Assembly (NCBI GenBank): GCA_028279655.1
Contig: JANQNH010000008.1
Location: 5,012 to 69,011, forward strand
Direction: 5' to 3'
DNA from: Candidatus Nanoarchaeia archaeon
GTDB lineage: Archaea > Nanobdellota > Nanobdellia > Woesearchaeales > JACPBV01
DNA: 64,000 nucleotides
Shown here: one piece after another, positions 28,868-36,201 of the stretch
How the letters are laid out: each line of letters begins with the position of its first letter
Numbering within the stretch: the stretch's first letter is position 1
The notes under the pieces: generated by a model
What the model saw: only the letters and a program-made list of their open reading frames with translations
Databases searched by the model: none
What the model was told of the DNA's origin: nothing
Translations under genes and position numbers: made by a program

Positions 28868-28961
28868 TTGGCAAGTGGCAAGTGTGGTGCCCAAAACGGC
28901 TATAATGGCAAAATTTCTAGTGTAGAAGGCTTCTCTTCACTTGCCAAAAGTTTGGCAAGTG
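28868..28961. repeat. Cluster of four TGGCAAGTG motifs including an 11-bp perfect inverted repeat
   Basis: TTGGCAAGTGGCAAGTG at 28868-28884; CACTTGCCAAA-AG-TTTGGCAAGTG at 28938-28961. Confidence 0.8.
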
Positions 28962-29006
28962 GAAAGGTTTGTTGTCAATATTAGAAGTTGACCAATTTTT
29001 TGGAAG

Positions 29007-29043
29007 AAAACTGCTTGAAAGGAAAATCATCCTTCCAAGCAGC
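29007..29043 (-). terminator. Hairpin plus T-run downstream of tRNA-iMet
   Basis: Minus strand CTGCTTGGAAGGA-TGATTT-TCCTTTCAAGCAG-TTTT. Confidence 0.55.
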
Positions 29044-29055
29044 AAAATTTTATCA

Positions 29056-29130
29056 TAGCGGAGGGTGGATTTGAACCACCGACCTATGGGTTATGAGCCC
29101 ATCGGGCACTCCTGACTGCCCTACTCCGCT
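29056..29130 (-). tRNA. Initiator tRNA-Met(CAT)
   Basis: AGCGGAG...CTCCGCT-A with A1:U72, anticodon stem ATGGG/CCCAT (three G:C pairs), loop CTCATAA; TATA ~25 nt upstream. Confidence 0.97.
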
Positions 29131-29206
29131 ATAAGTCTAGAGAAAATAGATATTCTTTATAAAGATGTCGGAAAGTTCGGGTTTTAGACGTGCAGAAAAA
29201 AATAAA

Positions 29207-29214
29207 AAACGCCG
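29207..29214 (+). repeat. Left attachment core AAACGCCG
   Basis: Matches the tRNA-Ser 3' end; preceded by an A-rich run that reads TTTTTTATTTTTTT on the minus strand (original tRNA terminator). Confidence 0.75.
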
Positions 29215-29347
29215 ATACTGGGATTCTACCTCACGAATTAGATCTAATCATCTTCATAGATGCCCAAATTGTCAGGGCGCTGGATGTAAGTCATGTTATT
29301 TCAATGGATATGTCACACTCAGGAAACTGAGAGGATTGGTAGAATAA
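29207..29347 (+). pseudogene. Orphaned C-terminal Zn-finger half of the att-split regulator
   Basis: KRR-YWDSTSRIRSNHLHRCPNCQGAGCKSCYFNG...; in frame with 52224-52387 across the att core. Confidence 0.68.
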
Positions 29348-29387
29348 AGGGGCTGAGAGATGGTTCCTCCTTATCTTGGCCCTTTTT

Positions 29388-29540
29388 ATGATTATGTTGT
29401 TGAGAGATGCAACGGAAGAAGAAGCCATAAAATATGGGGATAGGCACTATTTGAGGCCAGTGGTCCGGAGAAGATACAATAAGATCACAGATGAGTTCAT
29501 GGGATTTGAGGTGTTTGAAGGTTACGATTTAGGGCAGTAA
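29388..29540 (+). CDS. Hypothetical 50-aa protein (not in ORF track)
   Basis: MIMLLRDATEEEAIKYGDRHYLRPVVRRRYNKITDEFMGFEVFEGYDLGQ fills the gap before the integrase. Confidence 0.45.
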   Translation: MIMLLRDATEEEAIKYGDRHYLRPVVRRRYNKITDEFMGFEVFEGYDLGQ

Positions 29541-29686
29541 GGCTCAGAGCATACACAGGGGGTGATGGGGCTGGTAGGCCTAATTAATTAAGCTGGTTCT
29601 TTTTTGTAGATTTTGGAATAATCACTTACAAATAGTTAAATTTATATAAAATGCTTAATTATAGCATATATTCGGGGGGGTACTAA

Positions 29687-30373
29687 TTGGGCTTTAAACA
29701 GGAATTGAGACTTAATCTACTAGCTGAAAGCCATGCTATACCCTTTGAGAAGGTGAGGGAAGCCATTGACTTCATGGGGTATGGATCACCTGAGAGGGTT
29801 ATGTTTGAGATGCTTATTCTTACAGGATGCAGAATAACTGAGCTTGACAGGATGGTGATCTCTAAGATCTATGGATCCATACTTTATTGGGGCCTTGGGA
29901 AGAATCAAAAGAGCTTTAGAAAAGAGGCCTTGACTGTGAGTTATTTGAAGGAATTGAAGTATTACAGGGATCATCATAGAGTTTATGGGAATAAGATCTT
30001 TGGGATCCACAGCCATACGTTCAGAAGATACTTCAACAGGGATGTTAGGCCTAATCTTAGCAAGGAATGGCAAGAAAAGACCTTATTCCAGAAGAAGGGG
30101 GCCTTAGTTCCTGAATATGTCTATCAGCTTAAAGGATTGAGAAAGAACTTCCAGACATTGGAATTCAAGAAGGAACTTGAGAAGTGGAAGGATTCAGGTG
30201 TGGCCCTGGAATTTACAAGCAAGAAGATGAAGCATAGCTCCAAGCACATCACAGCTTATCATTACCTTGTTAACTTTGATACTCTTGGGATCAATAACTT
30301 ATCTGAGCTTGAACCGTCAGATCTTCTAAAGAAAACGAGACAGACAAGGCTTATGGATTTCCAAAATGTTTAA
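29687..30373 (+). CDS. int: Tyrosine recombinase/integrase (catalytic domain only)
   Basis: MLILTGCRITEL (Arg I), LKGLRKNF (KxLR), MKHSS..ITAYHY (His, Tyr); adjacent to att site. Confidence 0.88.
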   Translation: MGFKQELRLNLLAESHAIPFEKVREAIDFMGYGSPERVMFEMLILTGCRITELDRMVISKIYGSILYWGLGKNQKSFRKEALTVSYLKELKYYRDHHRVYGNKIFGIHSHTFRRYFNRDVRPNLSKEWQEKTLFQKKGALVPEYVYQLKGLRKNFQTLEFKKELEKWKDSGVALEFTSKKMKHSSKHITAYHYLVNFDTLGINNLSELEPSDLLKKTRQTRLMDFQNV

Positions 30374-30410
30374 ATACTCCAAGACGAGAAAACTGAATAA
30401 GGTGATATGA

Positions 30411-30839
30411 ATGTTTTGTAAACACTGCGGAAAGAAAATTTTAAAAGAGAGTGATTTCTGCCCCAAGTGTGGGGGTAAGATTAAAGAGGCTGAGGAAGTT
30501 GAGAAGAAGCCTAAGATCAACAGCTTTATCTTATTTGGGATTATAGCTGTTGTGATGGTTATTGTTATCCTGTTGGCTCTGAGATACCTTGGAATTAACC
30601 TAATCCAGGAGATGGAATACAATCCGAACACAGGGGAGTATGAAGGGGAGATCGAACCACTAAGTGATGAGCCACCTTCTTGTAAGATAAAGCTCGATTG
30701 CATAAGGTTCTTTCAGATACATAAAATTCCCATGACTGCTGAATCTATGGGTTGGGTGAAATGTGTTGACGGAAAATGCAAGGTTGATGAGCCAGAGACA
30801 AGGGATTCAGGTCCAGTGGAAGAAGAAGTTGCCCCTTAA
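30411..30839 (+). CDS. Zinc-ribbon, single-TM membrane protein
   Basis: MFCKHCG...FCPKCG, one TM, C-terminal 4-Cys domain similar to 34382-34621. Confidence 0.85.
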   Translation: MFCKHCGKKILKESDFCPKCGGKIKEAEEVEKKPKINSFILFGIIAVVMVIVILLALRYLGINLIQEMEYNPNTGEYEGEIEPLSDEPPSCKIKLDCIRFFQIHKIPMTAESMGWVKCVDGKCKVDEPETRDSGPVEEEVAP

Positions 30840-31105
30840 CTTATCCAGGGGATCTTTAAGGATCCACTTATAATGGCTATGATCAGCAAGAATGTCAGCA
30901 AAGAGATCAACAAGAAGAACATTGGAACAACAAACAACCCCCAAAAACTTATCTCATCTTTCTTCATATAGCAATAGAGAGCAAAGAGCATGGTTAGGGT
31001 TATGATCACAGCAAAACCTATCAGAGTGATTTTCCAGTTAGTTGACATAAATTCAATCAGTCCTGGGATTTTTCCAAGGGTTCCAGCAATCATTTCATCA
31101 ATCAT
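30836..31105 (-). CDS. Small membrane protein (2 TM)
   Basis: Two hydrophobic helices. Confidence 0.6.
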   Translation of the reverse strand: MIDEMIAGTLGKIPGLIEFMSTNWKITLIGFAVIITLTMLFALYCYMKKDEISFWGLFVVPMFFLLISLLTFLLIIAIISGSLKIPWIS

Positions 31106-31227
31106 ATTGCATACCGCACTTTGGACAGAAAAATCTTTTTTGTCCTACTGTAACCACCCCTTTTTTTCTTGTTGGAATTCTGCAACATCTACAAAGAGGA
31201 TTATGATTTCTGAGCTTATGCAATGCC

Positions 31228-31854
31228 CTACTCATTTGAACCAAACATCTTGTTTCCGAAGATCTTGAGGAAGCTGATGATACTCAGTAAGGATATTATT
31301 GCCAATGGAAGCAATGCTGATTCAGTTGAATCAAGAACGCTGTTTCTTGCTTCTATTACTGCATCCTTTGACATTCCCAGGCCTTCACCCCCAAGGATCA
31401 TAGCCTGATACCACAAGATATGCCACAGGATCCATGCTCCAAGGATAAATATCACATAGAGGATAATTGTGTATAGGATCCCCATAAATCCGTTATCTTC
31501 ATAACTGAATGTTCCATGGAATAGGTGAGTGATCATCAATACAATCAGAATTGCTATTGCAATGGGGATCAGATCTTCCCATCCTGGCAGTGGAATATCC
31601 TCAATCATGAATACATATTTTGCATCCTCTCTGTCCGTAAAGGGTAGCCACTCATTTCTGTAAGCTGGAACATTGAGGTTTAATCCCTCTGCAAATAGAA
31701 ACAAGCTGACACTGGTATTCTTTGGGCTTTCTATTGTTTGATTCTTGATCTCTTTAATGCCAATCCCTGATTCCTGGAAACCAGCGTATAGTCCACCAGC
31801 CATAAATCCCAATAACACAAATATCATAACTTTATCTAAGAATGACAATGCCAT
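31228..31854 (-). CDS. Multi-pass membrane protein
   Basis: 208 aa, about 4 TM segments. Confidence 0.75.
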   Translation of the reverse strand: MALSFLDKVMIFVLLGFMAGGLYAGFQESGIGIKEIKNQTIESPKNTSVSLFLFAEGLNLNVPAYRNEWLPFTDREDAKYVFMIEDIPLPGWEDLIPIAIAILIVLMITHLFHGTFSYEDNGFMGILYTIILYVIFILGAWILWHILWYQAMILGGEGLGMSKDAVIEARNSVLDSTESALLPLAIISLLSIISFLKIFGNKMFGSNE

Positions 31855-32037
31855 AGCAACCCATCATCATTTGTGATTTTTATTTGTGTTTGACATCCGT
31901 AGGTTATCTGTTCCTCATTCGATTGCGTATACAGATGTATAATTGATGTGGAACATTTGTTGAATGGATATTTAAATCAAGTTCACCATCACCATTGAAA
32001 ACAGCCGATTCAGGCAAAAAAACATGAGGTGGTTTTA

Positions 32038-33015
32038 ATGAAGCTGAGGAAAATTACTCGTTCTGACAAGGGACAGATGGAATGGGGTATTCTGTTTGCT
32101 GGAATCCTTGTTGTTGGTTTGATACTGGTGTTTGGTGGAGTATACTTATTGAAGGGCAAGGATGGATTCAAGAACATAGCCGGAGAATCCGGAGATTTTG
32201 ACTACACTGGAAAGAATGTTGATTATAAGCTGGACTTCAAAGGGTTCTATAACGGAACAAACATTAATCCAGTCTGTTATCTCTACAACGAACAACCGGC
32301 TGACTGGGAGAATGGCCGTGTTGATATTGTTGAGGGATATGAGGATTCTGAGACTGCAAGTTCTGGACAGATTGAATATAGCAACAAGCCTGGGGATTAT
32401 TATGCTAGGTGTCAGTTGTCAGGCTATTATGATGGATTTGGAACTTTCAAAATTCCATCAAGCGGTGATGTGAGCCTTTCTGAATACAATGATGGCGGAG
32501 AACTAAGCACTAAGATCAGGATGAGGCCAAAGCAAACGCTTTCAACCTCTAATTTGGATCTAGGTGTTTCTTCAACAGCCAATGCTTCTGCAACTACATT
32601 GACAGGAACCAAGAACTTTGCCGTATCTGACAATTATGGTTATTGCTTGAGTGAGGTAAGGCTGTCAGTTGATTCAACTTATGACTTTACCACAACTCTG
32701 ACCAATGGTGATTCAGAGGAAGGAGTTGACAGGTTGAAGATGACTATTGAAGGAGTTACCAAAACACTATGGGACAAGGATGCTGGAACTGATGAGTTTG
32801 GTGCTGACAATGAATACAGATGGGAATTCAATGGCAAGAAAGGTATAATGATTGAGGAGAATGACTTTGTTGACATAAGCGCTGAGTTCAAAGGAAACAC
32901 CAGCACAGTTGCCGCAGATGCAGATGGATCTCTTGGAAACGCTGAGGATCTAATTGATGATATTGTATTCTATGACTGTGACGGAACAACTGCAACATTA
33001 CATCTAGTTGGATAA
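32038..33015 (+). CDS. Class III (pilin-type) signal peptide protein; candidate major structural protein of the element
   Basis: MKLRKITRSDKG|QMEW followed by a hydrophobic helix; acidic beta-rich body; first in operon with SD GAGGTG and followed by hairpin + T-run. Confidence 0.75.
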   Translation: MKLRKITRSDKGQMEWGILFAGILVVGLILVFGGVYLLKGKDGFKNIAGESGDFDYTGKNVDYKLDFKGFYNGTNINPVCYLYNEQPADWENGRVDIVEGYEDSETASSGQIEYSNKPGDYYARCQLSGYYDGFGTFKIPSSGDVSLSEYNDGGELSTKIRMRPKQTLSTSNLDLGVSSTANASATTLTGTKNFAVSDNYGYCLSEVRLSVDSTYDFTTTLTNGDSEEGVDRLKMTIEGVTKTLWDKDAGTDEFGADNEYRWEFNGKKGIMIEENDFVDISAEFKGNTSTVAADADGSLGNAEDLIDDIVFYDCDGTTATLHLVG

Positions 33016-33041
33016 GATCCAACTAACTTTTTTTTATTTTT
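33006..33041 (+). terminator. Hairpin plus long T-tract after the candidate major protein gene
   Basis: AGTTGGAT-AAG-ATCCAACT then TTTTTTTTATTTTT. Confidence 0.65.
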
Positions 33042-33053
33042 GAGGTGATTTAG

Positions 33054-33896
33054 ATTGCCGAAGAATTCAACAAGAAATTCAACCTTAGTTTAAGCTCTAT
33101 TACATTCATATACTTCATAGCCTGGGGGTTTTTTCTCCTGGTGAAGTATGCAAACCCAATCTATAACAGTAACTACATAGCAATTAACCTTGGAATCTGT
33201 GTGTTTGCAGTGATGTTGAGCTTTATTGCTCTGTTGGTTAACATATACAAGTATCTTGGTGACAGTGAGATTGGACAACTGATGTTCACATCAACATCAG
33301 ATGATTCAAGGCCATTAAGCAATAACCTTTGGCTGAGGTTGGCTGTGGTTATATTCCTTACAGGGTTTGTAATCGTGGCATTGACATTCAACTTTCAGAT
33401 CTATCCGATTGTTGAGCCTTTTGCACAAAGCTCAACTGGTACACAGGCAGAAAGATTGGCCATGATCACATCTGTTGGCCCAGGTGAGGATTATCTGTTC
33501 AATCTGATGCTTCCAAACATTATTATCCTTACTATTTGGGGATTGGTATATCTGATCTTCAAGTATGACATCAAGGAGAATATGGCAATTTTTTTGATTG
33601 TCATATTGATTGCTTCATTCATGAGTTCGTTTAGTATTGGGCTATTGCCCTCATTCAGTGAAGCACATAAAGGGGCTTACCAGGATTGTCAACCGTGTTA
33701 TATCAGCGCTGGAATATTTAACTTTTTTATGTCTGTTGGCCAACAGTTGACAGGGATGTTCTTCTTTGGCATTCCTCACATGGCGAATAACTTCCTGGTT
33801 GCTGTTGGTTACATGGTTGCGTATAATATCGCAATACTGGGATTGTGTTGTTTGATCCCCAATAGAAAAAAGCGAGGTGATCTTAATGGATACTGA
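33054..33896 (+). CDS. CPBP/Abi (Rce1-like) intramembrane protease-like protein; probable ATT start
   Basis: Multi-TM; motifs GPGEDYLF, FSEAH, HMANN; frame open from ATT 33054, 5 nt after GAGGTGA. Confidence 0.65.
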   Translation: MAEEFNKKFNLSLSSITFIYFIAWGFFLLVKYANPIYNSNYIAINLGICVFAVMLSFIALLVNIYKYLGDSEIGQLMFTSTSDDSRPLSNNLWLRLAVVIFLTGFVIVALTFNFQIYPIVEPFAQSSTGTQAERLAMITSVGPGEDYLFNLMLPNIIILTIWGLVYLIFKYDIKENMAIFLIVILIASFMSSFSIGLLPSFSEAHKGAYQDCQPCYISAGIFNFFMSVGQQLTGMFFFGIPHMANNFLVAVGYMVAYNIAILGLCCLIPNRKKRGDLNGY

Positions 33897-34170
33897 ACCT
33901 AAGACTGTTATCCAGTTGGTGTTTGGGGTTGTTCTTACCATAGTGGCAATGATGATGACAGGCTTATTGCACGGCGTGGCATACATCTCAACATTTATTG
34001 TGATGGCCATTGTCGGTGTTGTGACACTATTCATCCTGGACATAATTGACGGTGATGTTGACAGGCCTTGGATTAATTCCATCCTACTTGGATTTATCCT
34101 TGTTGGAATGATACAGATAGTGACAGTAGGGATTAATTGGGTTGTAACAAATCTGTTCAGGGGTGCTTAA
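33886..34170 (+). CDS. Small membrane protein (3 TM)
   Basis: Hydrophobic 94 aa, SD GAGGTGA. Confidence 0.7.
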   Translation: MDTEPKTVIQLVFGVVLTIVAMMMTGLLHGVAYISTFIVMAIVGVVTLFILDIIDGDVDRPWINSILLGFILVGMIQIVTVGINWVVTNLFRGA

Positions 34171-34172
34171 AC

Positions 34173-34385
34173 ATGGGTGCTGGAACAACTTTTATTGTTA
34201 TTTTTTTGGCTCTTCTTTATTTGAGCCTGACAGCAATAGATCTTGGCCTGAACATCCTTCAAGTCATCCCTTTTGTCGGAACAGGCCTTGAAACTTTAAG
34301 CGAGGCGATCATAGAGGGATTACAGGCTATTATGGTTATGGTTGGTGCTGTTGTAATTGCGAAGTGGGGGAATGAAGTATCATGA
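34173..34385 (+). CDS. Small hydrophobic two-helix protein
   Basis: 70 aa MGAGTTFIVIFLALLYL...IPFVG...; tightly packed in operon. Confidence 0.7.
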   Translation: MGAGTTFIVIFLALLYLSLTAIDLGLNILQVIPFVGTGLETLSEAIIEGLQAIMVMVGAVVIAKWGNEVS

Positions 34386-34621
34386 AAAAAAAGATTATGT
34401 TTGCAATTTTGTTGTTGGTTCTCCTCAGTGGATGTTCCTCTGAGTTTTGGAGTATCTCTTTGGGTGATAGTTGTGACACCAAACAAGATTGCCTGGATTC
34501 TATCGAATCAAAAGGGATTGAGATTCAGGATCCTTCCCTGGTGAAGTGTGAGATGAATAAATGTATACTTGATGATCCTGTTGATCTAAACTCAGGTGAG
34601 GAAGTGGTGAATGAACAATGA
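34382..34621 (+). CDS. Small lipoprotein
   Basis: MKKK + hydrophobic + lipobox LLSGC; 4-Cys domain. Confidence 0.78.
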   Translation: MKKKIMFAILLLVLLSGCSSEFWSISLGDSCDTKQDCLDSIESKGIEIQDPSLVKCEMNKCILDDPVDLNSGEEVVNEQ

Positions 34622-36201
34622 GAAAAACGATTCTTCTTTCTTTGTTGGCCTGTTTGTTTCTAGTTCCAATTATCAGCGCTGTATCTTTCACTCCTATCTT
34701 CTGCAATGATTATGAGTTCACTTGTTGCAATTCTTATAAATACTTTGATGAGACAAGAACTAAGAATCAAGCTCAAGCCATGGTTTGCAGTGAGACAGCC
34801 ATCTATTGCGAGGTTGAGAACATTGTTGCTGATGGTCTTACACTAAGCAACTATGGATATTATGTTGGATCTCAAAATTGTGGCTTAGATGATGCCTGGT
34901 ATAATTCCCCTCATTATGAATGCGGTGACGAGAGAAAGGAGTATTCAACAAGTATAAGGTTGGAACCAGGAGAGAGAATTTATTTTGGATGGCGTGGCAT
35001 TGGAAAATATACAATGACCTATCGCTTCAAGGCTTACAGTAGTAAGTTAACATTCTGTGGTGGAAGCGGTTGCACTTCCGGTGTTGCTGTTGCTGGTGCT
35101 GATAAATGCACGTTCAGGCCTGATGGAAATACAGTCTATACTTCAACAAGTGCATTGAGTGGGAAGAAAACAGCCTATTCCTATACTGTCCCATACCAGC
35201 CACCAACTAACTGTGTACTTGCATGGCAGTCAGGCAACAGGCATGTATGCGGATATGAAGAAGAAAGTTGCAACTCTGACAGTGATTGTGGCGGCCATAC
35301 TTACGGCAATAAAGAATGCTATGGAAGAACCCTTCAAACTTATGGGTGCAGATCCTATGGGAATACATTAAATGGTTATGACAGGGGGCCATTCAATAGT
35401 GGATGGGGAACCGATAAATCAGAGCCAATGACAAGCGGTGGCGCTGACTTTGGAAGAAGATGCGAGATCATAAACTCAAAATCTGTTCAATGCTGTGGAG
35501 ACACGGATTGTGGATCCAACTTCTTTTGTGACACAGAAACCTTCACTTGCAAAGAAGAAGTTGAATGTTATAATGACTATGATTGTGGGGTTTCTGAGAT
35601 ATGTGATGCTTACTCAAATACTTACAAAACCGCAAGATGTGATGGCGGTGAGTGTGTGAGAGATGAAAAGGATGTTGAATGTTGCCAGGATTACAACTGT
35701 CCTGATGGTTATTACTGCAATATAGACTATGAATGCAGAGAGAGTGAGAAAGAACCTCAACCTTGCCTAAAAGAATGTTGCGTTGGGATCTCTGGCTTTA
35801 TAGACAAGCCATGCCCCTCTGATAGATCTATATGCTGTGCTGATCAAAGCTGTGCTGAATCAGAAGGTGAATGCAGTGGCGGAAATGTAGTTGAAAGCAT
35901 TGAAGCTGGAAACTGCAATGACAAAGAGGACAATGACGGTGATGGATTAGTTGATGAGAATGATCCTGATTGTGCAATCTGTGTTGTTGATGATATGGAA
36001 TACAATCTTGGCCCCAAGCAATGCTGTGAGAAGAAGGGTGGAACATGGGTTGACAAAGAGAAAAGCTCATGGTTTGGATTGAAGAAAACAGATGAGAGTT
36101 ATTGCAATAATCCTAATATCTTGCTGTATGCTGGAATCTTTATAATCATAATCCTGGTTTTGGTTCTTATAGGCTGGGGTATCTATGTATTCAACAATTA
36201 G
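34618..36201 (+). CDS. Cys-rich secreted protein with C-terminal membrane anchor
   Basis: Signal peptide, repeated C..D.DC modules, Ca-binding-like CNDKEDNDGDGLVDENDPDC, C-terminal TM. Confidence 0.85.
   Translation: MRKTILLSLLACLFLVPIISAVSFTPIFCNDYEFTCCNSYKYFDETRTKNQAQAMVCSETAIYCEVENIVADGLTLSNYGYYVGSQNCGLDDAWYNSPHYECGDERKEYSTSIRLEPGERIYFGWRGIGKYTMTYRFKAYSSKLTFCGGSGCTSGVAVAGADKCTFRPDGNTVYTSTSALSGKKTAYSYTVPYQPPTNCVLAWQSGNRHVCGYEEESCNSDSDCGGHTYGNKECYGRTLQTYGCRSYGNTLNGYDRGPFNSGWGTDKSEPMTSGGADFGRRCEIINSKSVQCCGDTDCGSNFFCDTETFTCKEEVECYNDYDCGVSEICDAYSNTYKTARCDGGECVRDEKDVECCQDYNCPDGYYCNIDYECRESEKEPQPCLKECCVGISGFIDKPCPSDRSICCADQSCAESEGECSGGNVVESIEAGNCNDKEDNDGDGLVDENDPDCAICVVDDMEYNLGPKQCCEKKGGTWVDKEKSSWFGLKKTDESYCNNPNILLYAGIFIIIILVLVLIGWGIYVFNN

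Noticed and set aside
29056-29130. tRNA-iMet as the integration target, since it is nearest the integrase
   Set aside because: I found no duplicate of its 3' end, and its 3' end points away from the element. The repeat found matches tRNA-Ser.
29165-29347. 60-aa ORF as an independent gene starting at ATG 29165
   Set aside because: The ATG has no SD, abuts the tRNA-iMet TATA box and lies in host DNA outside the att core. It is better explained as the 3' half of the split gene.
29687-30373. SSV1-type integrase split by integration
   Set aside because: The att core is about 470 bp upstream with stops in between, and no integrase N-terminal fragment is seen at the right end.
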